From assembly GCF_018977255.1 (NCBI RefSeq), contig NW_024704742.1:111788001-111852000 (forward strand): a stretch of 64,000 nucleotides of DNA, read 5' to 3'. Below are positions 51,511 to 64,000 of this stretch, piece after piece. Position 1 is the first letter of the stretch. Each line of letters opens with the position of its first letter. The position numbers and the translations under genes were made by a program. This stretch comes from Callorhinchus milii (lineage: Eukaryota). The notes under the pieces are model-generated. The model worked only from the letters and a program-made list of their open reading frames with translations. It ran no database searches and was not told the DNA's origin.

Positions 51511-52049
51511 ATATAAACAAAACAGAAGAACAGTGTACTGGCAGGATATGTGTTTCCACCAATACAAAACAGTTTCCAGTCCCAAATGAATACCACGCTA
51601 ACAATTATACTGGGGGAATGAGTTCCATCAATTCATTGCTTGGCCACTCTTGGAATTATTGGGAAAGGCGACAGTATACCCCACGGGGATGCTATGAGAA
51701 AATAAGAGGGCAGACACATTCTATATGACTCATTGATGAAAAAGTCATTGGATCCCCATTGTGCAAGAACTGATATGATGTCTAGTCACCATATCAAACA
51801 CGTGAAAAGCTACCTCTCTTTTAAAGTTGCACACATACCTAAAATTCACAAATGGCTTTTACTTTGACTGCACCAGTTTCTCTCTATAATACTCTCTATA
51901 TGCTGTTTTTTTTTAAAATTGAGAATATGGTGAAATGCTATATCACATTATGCAGAACACCTCTAGGGTAGGAAAGAGAAGCAAACAAACAAGACAAGTA
52001 AAGAACAAGTAGTGATGTGATAGATTTTGAAAGACTAGATTACATGCAG

Positions 52050-52740
52050 AAGACTAAATAATAAGGAGTTTCACAGTCTTGAAGTACTAGGAAAGAATAG
52101 ATTTGAGTGGGAGAGAGGGCAATAACTTTTAACACAGTGAGGGTATAGGGAATAGGAGGAATGTGTTGGACTGCAAATTATAAATTTCAACACAATCAAG
52201 AGAAGAGAACTTGGAGGAATAATGTTTCTAGTAGTATTGATGAAATAGACACAGAAAAGAGGGAGAGAGAGAACAAAAGACAAGACAGAGGCTAGATGTG
52301 AGAGATATGTCAACTATCAGATGACAGTGTTTTCTTTTCTTATTTTCTGATAGAAGAATTATTAAATCATGGACAAATTTGGGCCGTTTGGGGGGAAAAA
52401 CTTAAGGAGTATAAAGCATCAACCAAAACACAGTAGAATTATTTAAGAAGTAGAATTAGTAACTTTGGTGAATGGAGCTAGACCATGTCAAAATCTTTGG
52501 AAATGTCAAAAACACTGAAGAGGAATGAATCACTAACATATTCAAGAGTAGAATTTCAGATTTAGGCAAGATTTACCAGTGGAAAGACCACACTGAAAAG
52601 TAACCATGGATCAAGGCCAGTACTTCTGAGTAGAGATGCATAAATTGAGGTTTGACAGCAAACTTTCAAACCTTAAAATATAAGAATAGTAGAACAATAG
52701 TTTGAAGTGTATTAAGAATTACCTTTCTTCAAGATAAGCT
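52050..52740 (+). mobile_element. Very old purine-rich LINE fragment, probably CR1 ORF2 N-terminal region
   Basis: A/G-rich coding-like bias with decayed motifs; the family assignment is tentative. Confidence 0.4.
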
Positions 52741-53324
52741 GATTTTCAAGGAGAATAAATGGTGGACTGCAAGAAGGACAAATGAAACTGACTACTGAAG
52801 AATAGGGCCAGGTTTTGAGGAAGATTCATTCTAATCTACAATTTTTAACTCAAGTGTCCCTGTGGAAGTAAACCCTTTGACGAAATACATGATTTGTTGA
52901 ATTAAATTTGTGACTCTTATCCAGAATCTTTAAAACTTCTGTTTTCTTGGAAAAGATACTTTCCAAGAAAAATATACTCAATTTCCTTAATCTTACCTCA
53001 GACCTGAAATTTTGAATCCTCAATATCTTATACATCAAAATTAAAATAAATATAACATGGTTATCTAATGCTTGTTAAACCTCCAACAATAAGTTTTAAT
53101 TAAGGATCCTGATATACTATGATTAGAAACACCAGAATGGATGCAAACCCTTGATAAAGGGTCTGAAGTGTTGCTCCTCTGTATTGTGTCGGGTAGTCCG
53201 AGAATTCTAACAGGCATCCAGTGAAATTTTCCATTCTACCTAAAACTCCATGTAGTAATAAATACTAGCAGCCGCCATTACTTTAGGGGAAGATATGTAC
53301 TACATCTGACATTTAGTGTGATAA

Positions 53325-53555
53325 CTTGGCACAGTTGCTAACACTCTTGCCTTTAGGTCAGACAATTGTGGGTCCAAGCCCTATGTTGAGACTTGAGATC
53401 ATAATCTGGAGTGACACTCCAGTGCAATGCTGGGGGACACTGCATCGCCAGAGATGCCATCCTTCAGATGTGATGTTGAAATCGAGGACATATCTGCCCG
53501 TTCAGGTAGATGTCAAAGATCCAATGACATTATTCACAAAATAAAGGAGTTTCTC
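53325..53555 (+). mobile_element. SINE family A, 5' part
   Basis: ttggcacagttgctaacactcttgcc..gtgggtccaagccc..gatgccatccttcagatg..ttcaggtagatgtcaaagatcc. Confidence 0.85.
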
Positions 53556-54162
53556 TATAAATAATGCAATATAGTATAATTTGGGAGAACGTCTAAATAC
53601 TTGATATAGCTGGATAGAGACCCAAGCTAAGGGAATGAGAGCTGAAGAGGGTGAGGGGTAAAGATGATCAAAAGCACAGTCAAAGAGTATATGTAATTCA
53701 TAACTTTATATAATGCTGACCTCTGCACATTTCCTATAAACTATTGAGGATTAATGGCAGACATTTCTCATTTGTGAACCCCAGTCTTTCACATTAAGAA
53801 GACAAAAAGGACTTTAAAAGAATCGATTTGAAAGGGCTGTGAAACACCAGAAAAGTTCACTAATCCATTCATTAAAAGCACAACCATTTTATTTATTTTT
53901 ATTTATATGTTTTGTTGTCTGATGAACATTCATGAAATGATTAGTCCAATCGAATAGTTTTATTTTATGGATAATAAAACATGAGAGGTTCACTGTGACG
54001 CACATAATAATCAAGGACTTGCTTCCTCTTAGCAGTCTACTGAAAGTACACCCAATTTTTTTGATGCAATTATTGAATAAAAGCTGTCACTTATTCAGTA
54101 TGCAGCTTCAGAGCTCTGAAAAAGAACTTACAGAGCACTGAAGTGAGAGAGGTGCTTACTTT

Positions 54163-54176
54163 GTTGTCATGGTAAC
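54163..54176. promoter_or_regulatory. RFX X-box-like motif
   Basis: GTTGTCATGGTAAC versus the RFX consensus GTTGCCATGGCAAC (12/14). Confidence 0.5.
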
Positions 54177-56599
54177 TTGGTGATGCATATTTGGTTATGT
54201 TTTGTCTGAGTGGTGCTCTTGTGGAGATTGATGTCTTAGTGAGTAGCTGTTTGCACACAAGGAGAACAGAAAGGTTGTTTACTTCTGAAAAGAGGAAAAT
54301 CCTACCAAAAAAATCCCTGATTCACCAAAAAGGTGACTAAACTTTTGGCATTATGCCTGCAATTATTTTATAGTGTTAGGTGGCAGTTGTTCAAACAATT
54401 TCAAAAGAGTTAGTAACATTATTAACATTATATCTAATGGTTTCTAGTAACTGGATTTGGCTCAACTGTAAAGTCTTTGGCCATGAATCCGAGTAACAAA
54501 CAAATAATAAATTGGATGATGTATGTTGAGAAAAAAAATGACTATTTTCCTCTATATGACAATACACATAGAATATAGGATCAGTATCATGTGAAGGTAT
54601 AGTTCCAAGATAGCTATCTATACCTGAGCTTGATTTCCACAACTAGGTGGCCTAAAGTAAGATGGAACAAATCTACAAGAGTGAATCTCAAATCATGCTG
54701 AATTGTTTGGACTCAGTAATTAACAACAGAAAACTCTTTTTTTTCAATTCAAACAATATCCCTAAATTGTATTATGATTTAATTTGTCACTTAATTTTTA
54801 TATTAAAAATGCTTATGACCACTGTAAATGGTGCTGAAATGCTAAAACATTAAAAAGCTGGAGAATAATACTTTGGTGACATAATATGGCTTGAAACATC
54901 ATGGTGGCTTATTTCTTATTCGTTCTGTCACTCTGCATTAGAACACAACAAGCTATTACAGGGAATAAACTCTGTGCTAAAGTGCTCCGAGACACTACTC
55001 TATGTAAGGAGTGCTATATATATCAAAGTTGCTGTTAAGAGAGACTTTCTATTAAGAATATCCTGTGAGGAATATGTCTTATGACAGAACTGGAATATTA
55101 GCCATTTGAAATATTTTGTGATGGGAACTTTATACACTACTCATTTGCCCACTGACTGTAGTCTCCAGTAGCTGGGTTTTGTTTACTTGTCAAAGGATAC
55201 CAGAGCCAGCCTGTGCAAAAGCTATAACTTAAAATGTTCGCATTTCAACTCCAGTGGCAGACCTTTGTAAAAGCATTTGTGATTTTGTGTTCAATTGCAC
55301 AAGCTTTGTCCATTTTATATATGATATATTCCGAAAATGAATTCCAAATCAATATTCAGAAATTAAATGTACGCTTCACTCAACATTTTGCCGTTGTCTA
55401 CTTCATTATAAAATGTTAGTAATATTGGTGTCTCAGATCAAATGGTGCTAAGGCATTTAATCATAGTTTAACAATTCCCACATGCCAAGTAATGCATTAT
55501 ACATATATAATGTACACATGCATGTAAACACTGTAGGTCTATGAGCACCACCAGCCTGTCAGGATCCAGATGCCTGAAGACTTGGTGACCCAGAGTTGAA
55601 CACTGAGGAAGGAGCCTGGGGGTCTTCATAATGGTCAGTGTTTACACATTTAAAGTACAAAGGAGCATTGTGAGAGTCTTCAAAATAATTCCACTATTAG
55701 TACAGAAAACTTCCCAATGGTAAGGAAAATGATGACATCATTCTGTTTGAACTGTCTGGTCACCATGCCTACCTCCAGAGTTGAGGCCTAAATGTCTTCC
55801 AAAATGAGGTGATGGCTATATTGATGTGAGGTTTGATACTGCATAATTGCTGCTGCTAAACTAAAGTGTCATCATTTCATGTCCACAGATTATTGGGTTT
55901 GTTTTAATGTAACACGGAAATGGGTTTGTCCAGCCTAGGAGGTTGGTTCTTGGTGAATATTGCCTTGAAACACAAAACTGATCCTGACTCACAGTTTAAT
56001 AATACAGTGAGTGCTTAGTTATACAGTATGAAGCAACTCAGGATTCACATTGGTGCTACAGAACTTTAAAATGTAGACAGGTTCACAAACAGAGATGTAT
56101 GAGTAATCAGGTTTAAAGATCACATTGGTATACTTCAGGTTGAAAAGCCAAAACACTTGACTAGAATTCATAGTAACAGTCATTCATTTCTGTGCATGTT
56201 ACTTACTGTTGCACTGTACTTTCTTGGTAACCTTATCGCTGCTGCTCTTATAAATAATGAATGTATTATTGTTAATGATGTAATATTGGTTGGTAATGAT
56301 TTTTAATGCTGCTTTAGAATCTTTTTTTCTGTCTGTCTTGTTAAAATAAAAGAAAGTAAATTATCCATCAGGTCATTTAAGGAAACATTAAAATAAAAGA
56401 TTTGATAAATTAAACAATCTCTCTTTTGCTTTCCACTTCGATCGGTCAAACATTCCGACTTCATCATTTAGACCCGTGGAGTTGTCCGGTTGTATTCATT
56501 GGTAACATTACTTATAATTAGGCTCAGATGAGATTTGTCCAAATTCCATGTTTCTTTCCAGCATAGTTATATTCGTTTAGATTTGATACTATTTTGCGT

Positions 56600-57490
56600 T
56601 TATTTGCTTCTTTGGGCAAATAAAACCACCGCGCAACTTGACGGTTCAAATTGTAAGGTTAATCCAAATATTGCACTGCTCTATATCAAACGTTAGTGTA
56701 TTAAATTCTGCCTGGTTCACGTTAAGCTTTCCCCTCTCGCCTTGATGCAGGCGATGGAAACTCCACTGCAAGTTCCACTTAAGTCTGTTGCAGCAGAACA
56801 CCAGTCAGCATTGCTCCAAAGACATAACTTTCCGTCTCCCCAAAGAAACCAACGACGGGAAACGTTTTCTTTCGAAACTGCAACTTTTCCAAACCTGCCA
56901 ACAGCGTCAGAGGTCTCATCTACTTTACCGATTGTTGTGTATTAGTTTCTAAACACCGTCCCCTTTTCTCCCAAAGAGAATCTCTTTTTTTTTTCTCACA
57001 CAGCTGAAGGGGTTGAGGGACGTTACCTTCTGGCCTGTGCAAGTCATTTGATTGGCAAAAAAAAAAGGGGGGGATTTTTGGATAAGATTCTGATTTGATT
57101 TTTTTTCCATTTGAACTCTGCTCGTGCTGACTTGGGCAGTCATCCCTATTTCTCTCGCCAGAGCTGACAAGGGTCTGACTGTTAGTGATACCTTCCAGGG
57201 CTAAATTTACCCCAGAGTGACAGGGGCAGGTGGGCGCAGGGCGGCTCGCCACTTGTGCGAAGCATCACGCAACCATAGGTCAAAATCGATAAGGGAAAAA
57301 GGACCCACTCCTCGGCGAGGAAACAGATCGAAGCAAGCTCAGCCCGAAGAGGGGGCTTTCTCTTCAAAGCCAGCTGGTCTGGCTTTTTTCTTCAGGATTT
57401 TTTTTTTTTTTACCTGTCATCCGTTTGATCATCCGAACCCTCAGCAGGTGCTGCAGGGCGTAGATACTGGGGAAGAGGACGCTGGTGAGT
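56600..57490 (+). promoter_or_regulatory. Candidate upstream promoter and non-coding first exon ending at donor CTG|GTGAGT (57484/57485)
   Basis: Local CpG enrichment, an inverted CCAAT box (ATTGG 57051-57055) and a consensus 5' splice site. Confidence 0.4.
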
Positions 57491-60400
57491 TTTTGATCCC
57501 AAAACTGTCACACACACACACACACACACACAAAAAACCTCTAGACTCCATTGCACTGTTTGCAATGTGCAAACTTTACAAGCAGAACAAAGTTAGATAA
57601 TGTGCCTTTAATCGTCATTCTGACTTAACAGCCGAAGAGCGGCTCAGGTTTAAGGGGAGAGTAATTGTGCGTTAACGTAGTACAAACGCAGAAGTGGGCG
57701 CTGCTGTTGGAGAGGCGGTGTGTGCAGAGGCAAGTTTTAAATTTCACTAAAAAAATGGTTAGCGAATGCGCCTTAAACAACACGAGCAAATGCTTCATTG
57801 AAGGTAAAATTGTGGCTGGTTTTTAAACGTGCGTTGCTTTGATTTAATGGCACATTGGTTTTCCCAGAAGTAATTCTAGGATTTCTAATAAACCTTTTTC
57901 AACCCCTTTTGTGCTTGTTTGAAAACGTCGGACATTTCGTGCGAGTTGTTGATAAAGTGGAGTTCAGAGCAGCTTCTGAAACGTCTGCCAACATTTGTTT
58001 TAATAATGCGTGGAAACAAGGTATAAAGCTACTTGAGAGACTGTGTGACGTTTAATAAGCAGCAAAGTGGTCGTCAAAAAAAGTTGAAACTTTTGAGGGA
58101 AATCAGAAAATATTGAACTATCCCTCTGTCTCTCTCTGTCTCTCTCTCTCTCTCTCTGGCAGTACACATTCACTGACTGGATTAACTCTAATAAAATGTG
58201 TTGCTGAAGAGAGGGAAAGTGCCGGACACAAATATCTCTATTTTTGGTATCACAGCAATCACAACAACAAAAAAAATGTAACTATAAATATAACTTCTTA
58301 TATAACTGAAGACTTTCAGTTTGAACAGTTAACTATGCCACTAAGCTGTGACAGATGTAAGGAGTCGAAGTGGCAAGAGACTGATATTGGGCTGTGATCT
58401 GAGTACATTCGCCAGCTGGTTGCAGTATCAGAGATGGCACAGACTGAAGATTAAAAAAAATCTGCATTTTTTTTTATTTACCAAAGGATCTTGTTTTACG
58501 GGTGTCGAGGTTAATTTCTCCGAAGGAAAACAGTTATTTTCGTCGCCAGTGACAGATTTCTGCCAAACGGGTCCACACCTGACTATAAAAGGCTGGTTAA
58601 CTCAATCTTGACTTTGACATGCAATATTTACAGCTGTTCTCGAGGTCACACTGTTGATGCAGGCGAGGCTGCAGGGACCCCGACACCACAGCTTCCCAGC
58701 AAATAAAAAAACGAGCATGATCAGCTCAGTATTTCGCAGCCCTGGGGGTCGTGGGTGCTTTGTGATTAAACTTTAGAAAACTCCAACCCAGGTTATAGTT
58801 TACACGGTATGACTTGTTTGAGTGTGTGCGGCTGTCCAAACGCATGTCGGTTCAGCAATTGGTCTGAGAGTCGATAACCCTGCACAAGGTACAGAGTAAC
58901 TCATCGAACTGAAGAAAGAAAGGGGTAGAGCTTTAGTACTGACTGCAACCCCCCCCCCCCCCCTCCCCATCCCCACCCCCTTCAAACGAATCAACTAAGT
59001 TGTGATCCCTCTGAGGAACTCGCACACATATAGTGCTGTGTGTAAAAACCGTTTCAGTCTGTCTCGTTTGATCTCAATCTGGCAACATTTGCATCTGTGA
59101 ATTTAACAAGAACTTCAAATTAAAAGCTGAAAGCGAAAATCAGTTCTGTCCAAAAGTGGTCGCGAGAGTTTGCTGCCTTTCCTTGAAGACAATCAGAATT
59201 GCTCATAGAAAAACTTTGTGATTTCGATAGGAAGGTCAGTCCAACAGATGTTTAGTTGTTCGGTTACTATTTTCTGCTCTTTCTTTCCGTGGATTACTTA
59301 GGAACAGGCAAAAAAAAAAATGGATGCAATCTAACAAGTTAGCCTGAGGCTGGTTACAAAAATAGCCAAATTACTATTCAAGTCAACCGAGTGGTGAAGC
59401 AGTGGTAAGGGCAAGAGCTAACAGTGGGAATGGACACGTTACCCAAAGTAGCCATAAATTCTGTTCACTGCCCACACTTTACTTCAAGTCAGATAGTTAA
59501 CATAAGCAAATTCTTCACACTTAATAAATAAGCGATTTGTTAATGTGTATTTTGTTGCGGTGTTGTTAGAATGAGTAGAAACAATGCCTAACGGTGTTGT
59601 AAGACACAGCTTCGAGGTCGGCAGGAACACGTTATTGAACTCAGAAGCCAAATTAGGCCAAATTGAAGCTGTTGAATGCCCGAAATATAATACAGCTTCT
59701 CTGAAGAATTATTTTGTTCACACACAAAGCACGAAACCACCACTTTGATGTTTGCTTGTGCTCACTTGGAGGTCTGGGTATAGATTAATACCCTCCACAC
59801 CTTTCTAACCAATAGACCTAAAGCAGCACAGTATAGACATTTCTCTATTGCAGATGTATTTGGTGTCTATCTGTCCAGCTCCACCTCGTGTTATCACATT
59901 ACACGTTACCGATATAAGAGATATAAAGTCAGAGACCTTAACCGGTCAAGATGTAGTGTGGAATCAAGGCACCTTATAATCCATCGATAATCCATATACT
60001 ACTATAAGAGTGCCCCCGTCCCCCTTTATACTTTCTTTAGCACTCGGTTTAGTACTGGAGATCCGGAAAGTGGAAGAATGTACAAGATTTCTCATAGGCC
60101 TGATATTTAAAGATACAATGTGACCCCTCCTTCACCCGCCCCGACCGAGGCAGTGCAACTGCCAAAAGGAAAATCAACCCTTTTTTTTTACTAAGAAATG
60201 ACATGTTGGGAAATCCTGCACACAGGTCCTTGTGCAGCTAAAACAAGGGGCAAACCATCAACTTGTTAGACTTCTACTGATCATGACCACTGCTGCAGCA
60301 GCTATATAAGTATTCAAAGAAAGTAATCGTCGACTTTTGCCTTTTCTCTCTCTCCGTATTATGTAGCTATTTCCTACAGCAACAATTAGCACCTCAGTTG

Positions 60401-60699
60401 CTCACTGAGGTCCATAATGATATGGGCGATTACTATGGAGAGCTTAGGTTTCAGAATGGAAGTCGAGTTGCGTGGGAGACGTTGGTCGCGGCTGAAACCT
60501 TTTTGTTTACAATGCACTGTCTGATAAAGATGTACATTATCTCCTTACTGTCTGATAGCGGGTTTCTATATGGGGAGTTCCTACGTCCTTAATTCTTTTT
60601 TTTTTGGGGGGGGTTGGAGTGGGGCGGTTTAGTTTCATTAGGCCTCATTTTAAATTGATGTTAATAAGACAACTTTGCAAGTGTAAACAACCTTCTTCA

Positions 60700-62650
60700 A
60701 GATACGCACGCGGGAGTCGGACCGTGTAACGAAGCAGTAATGCTCGGCTGATGCAGTCACATTGAAGAGGAAAGCCGGAGCTCCACTATCCTATCACTGC
60801 AGTCAGAAATCCAATGACCTTCGCGATTCCATCTTTCATTCATAAGGACAATGGGAAGATAACTACTGGGGGAGGACAAGCCGAGCCCAATGCAAGTCTT
60901 TTTTTTAAAAAAAATTGCAAGTGGTTTGACACAGACACAGACACACACACACAGACTGACACACACACACACACACACACACAGGCACAAGGTGTGCGCA
61001 GTTACAGATCTTGCAAGACCGCAGACGGGGGGACGGGTCTCGTCGGGCAAAGTGTGTGAAAAGCCGACGGTGTAAGTTTTCTCCAGTGTGCGGGTTAGCG
61101 GAAAGTAACAGTTTGCCCGCAGATTGATCTGGGCTGACGTGTTCAGCGAAATCGCCGCTATCCTCACAAGCGGCTTGTTTTGCCGGGGCGGGGGGGGGGG
61201 GGCGGGGGGGGGGGGGGGCGGTGTCGGGGGCTCTGCTCTGCCCCCGGTCCCGTCCTGACTTTGCTGCACGAGTTGGTGATTGACAGCTCGGAGCTGACAG
61301 CTCCTGCCGTGACGTCAATGTGTCACGGGGAGGGAGGCTGTGACCGGGAGAGAGGGAACGAGAGGGGGAGGGGGAGAAAGAGAGGGGAGAGGGAGGGGGA
61401 GAAAGAGAGAGGGAGGGGGAGAAAGAGAGGGAGAGAGAGAAGGGGGGGGAGGAAAGCAAAGGACGTGTCTCTGCACTTATTTACAAAACGAGAGAAATAA
61501 TAATACTAATACTAATAATAAATGGCTGGTTTTGCTCTAAACGCGTCTAAAGGTGCAGTTCCTCTGTCAGATTTGCTATTATTATTATTTTTTTGGGGGG
61601 GGTGGTTCGTGGAGAGGGGAGTGGGGGGGGGGGTCGTGGAGAGAGGAGGGGAAGACAAAAAAACTTCCAAGGGAGGGAGGGTTTTGTGCATTTGGAGTAT
61701 CACTTTGATTGGTTTGCTGGAGCAGCCGAAACCTTGCCAACAACATCCTGCTTTGCGAGCAAACTCTCTCTCTCTCTCTGTCTGTCTGTCTGTCTGTGTC
61801 TCTCTCTGTCTGACTCTCTCTCTCTCTCTCTCTCTCTGTCTGTCTCTGTCTGACTCTCTCCTCTCTCTCTCTCTGTCTCACAAACCTGTTCTTCCCCCTT
61901 CGACAATAAGGACAGAGACAAAGAGAGTGAAAGCCATCAACTCGCAACTCGCGTGTGTTTATTCACACGGATATCACACGACAATGCAGAAAATAAATAG
62001 CTTCTCTCATCGACGGTCCAGTCCCAGTCCCAGTCCAGTCCCAGCCCCGCTGTGTCCAGTCTCCCTGTCCCCCCCCCCAACACTCTCCCCCTCTCCCCGG
62101 GGGCGGGGGGCGGGGGGGGAGGGGCTGGCGGATGCATACACACACACACACACACACACAGCGAGCCGGCGGAACTCTTTGTTAGCAAAGCGCGCGGAGG
62201 GTTTCACGGGGAAGGGTGAGAGGCGATGGAGTGAGTGAGTGAGTGGGCGAGTGGGCGCTGAGGCGGAAGCGCGGCGCGTGCGCGTGCGCGTGCTCGCCGC
62301 CCCCCCCCGGGTGGGTGGGGTGGGGGGGAGTGGGTAACCGTGCGCGCGCTCCGGGCTACGTTCCATTCGGTCCCGTTCCCAGCGCGAGCCTCAGTCCCTC
62401 CTCCTCCCCTCCTCCTGCTCCTCCTCCTCCCCTCCTCCTCCTGCTGCTGCTGCTGCTCCCACCACCACCGCTGCTGTTGCTGCTGCTCCGCTAAATATAG
62501 AAGCACATACACACACACACAGAGGGAGACTGACTGACTGACTGACTGACTGACTGACTTGACTAAACCGACCGGGGCTCACTCACTGCGAAATGGCTCT
62601 ATCTATACCTCTCTCCGTGTCAGCTTTTTAAATTTACTGACCGCCGCTTT
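60700..62650. promoter_or_regulatory. CpG-island promoter region of an unidentified gene
   Basis: High GC and CpG relative to the rest of the window. GC box 60621-60627, TGATTGACAG 61277-61286, CRE TGACGTCA 61310-61317, ATTGG 61708-61712, ETS GCGGAAG 62263-62269, NRF1-like (GCGCGT)n 62274-62293, MEF2 CTAAATATAG 62491-62500. Confidence 0.8.
61763..61878. repeat. (TC)n/(TCTG)n microsatellite; other simple repeats at 27651-27673, 57508-57531, 58125-58157, 60930-60982, 62440-62487 (CTG) and 62530-62558 (TGAC)
   Basis: Seen directly in the sequence. Confidence 0.95.
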
Positions 62651-63167
62651 GCTCTCTCTCTCTTTTTTTTGAAAAAAAAAGCAAAATATTTTTTTTTTGA
62701 AATTACTGTGTACACATCTCAGCCGATTCTTCCCTCATCACATCACTGGTCAGTAAATATAGAAACTTATTTTTCTTGTTTTCTTTCCTCTCTCTCTCTC
62801 TCTCTCCCTCTCCCCCCCCCCACCCCCCACCCCTCAACTCCTCCTCTCCCCCAAAACAACAAATGCAGTTTTAATGACTTCACATCAATGATGCTTTAAT
62901 GCTCTATGGAAAACAAACTACCGCCTGTGCAAGTTAGCATGTTGCAAAGTGTCTTTCCTTTTATTTTAACTCTCAAACTTAACGTTGTATAAACCCGAGG
63001 AGGAAATTAAATGTTAATGCCCGCTGTCATTGTGTCAGCCGTGGGTTTGTTTAATCTTTAATGTTCACATGGTCTGCAAACGTGTTGTTGTGGTGGCGAA
63101 TGATGACGACCTTTGCCGGCTGATCTGTTTGTAACATGGTCGATGTTCTGCTCTCCCCTTAATCCAG

Positions 63168-63264
63168 GGTGTCAAAAGAAGTTGGAGCCTTTAAAGTAAC
63201 TTTAAATCGCCTTCAAGGGGGGAAACGTCGAGGTCGAGAACGCAGCGTTTACAAGGTTTGTGCG
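63168..63264 (+). other. Candidate non-coding (5' UTR) exon, 97 nt
   Basis: Acceptor ctctccccttaatccag|G, donor GCG|GTAAGT, no ATG inside. A second strong acceptor (ttttttttgtctgtttccag|G) lies at 63321/63322. Confidence 0.4.
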
Positions 63265-64000
63265 GTAAGTGATTTTTTCAATTTATTTATTGAGCGTCTA
63301 CTTTTTTTTGTCTGTTTCCAGGTTCTGTTTTGACATGTGCGGTCTGTGTGGAAGTATAGAAATCACACGGTGGTTAAAATAATGTTTCTGTGCATTAAAC
63401 CTACAGATGCCGAGTTTATAATAATTCACGCAGGGAAGGGGCAATGACTCTCACTTTTAATGCATCGTTTTTCTGACTTACACAGTAATACCCGCTGTTG
63501 CATGTTCCAGTTTGTGATTGATTTTGAGAGGAATTTCTGCACATCGTGGGTGAGAGTGCCAGTAATCGTCTGCATTAGAAGTGGCACACTTAGAAAATTA
63601 GGGGTGATGGTGGTGGTGGTGGGGGGGGGGTTAGCATTTAATTTAATTCAGAATCTAATCGTGTCATTTTTCAGTATTAGCATTTGCTCGTATGCATTAG
63701 TGAGGGCGATGGGACTGCACCGGCAGTACTTTAATATAGTTTTACATTCAGCTGACAGTTTATAACGCCGGGTCATTTTGCACACAGTGCTGTGGAGACT
63801 CCCCATGCTTTGAGAGAAAGAAGGGTGAATTTCATCCTGCATGTCATCTTGTGCAAAGGGGACGTTGCTTGAATTATGCCGTGTCCGTGGCTGGGGCTGT
63901 TTTATTTGCCATTTCCTCAACTTAGCATCACGACCAGCCCTGCTTTATCTGCACAGTAGTGATTTGCACTTCCTGTGTTGATGCTGTCCGGAGGAGCCGA

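Noticed and set aside
60757..62582. Long ORFs in the CpG island (170, 184 and 238 aa, among others)
   Set aside because: They run through microsatellites and G/C runs, giving low-complexity peptides with no recognisable domain; they are open only because stop codons are scarce.
63265..63321. 57-nt intron between donor 63265 and acceptor 63321
   Set aside because: Shorter than typical vertebrate minimal introns; if real, the two sites are more likely used alternatively.

Overview
Eukaryotic vertebrate genomic DNA with no supportable host protein-coding sequence. The repeat content (tRNA-headed DeuSINE/SacSINE1-like SINEs, L2 LINEs with (TTG)n tails, CR1 LINEs, LF-SINE relics) points to a cartilaginous fish, possibly a chimaera; this is inference. 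Bases 1 to ~55,000 are AT-rich, CpG-poor intergenic or intronic sequence, dense with decayed and often nested SINE/L2/CR1 fragments. All recognisable ORFs in the track are LINE ORF2 remnants or spurious. From ~55,050 to the end I see no recognisable retroelement. CpG rises from ~56.4 kb and peaks in a CpG island at ~60.7-62.65 kb. The island holds a compact PBX/MEIS + CRE module, an ETS/NRF1-like module, a perfect MEF2 site, long G-runs and several strong splice donors. This is most consistent with the multi-promoter 5' end of a gene I cannot identify. The most notable unexplained items are an unclassified ~550-bp interspersed repeat with about five copies, two SINE families sharing one 3' module, LF-SINE relics, an L2 fold-back hairpin and several short local duplications. 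I found no convincing evidence of a novel biological system. Repeat boundaries are estimated by eye (roughly +/-20 bp) and family names come from my recall of consensus sequences, not from a database search.
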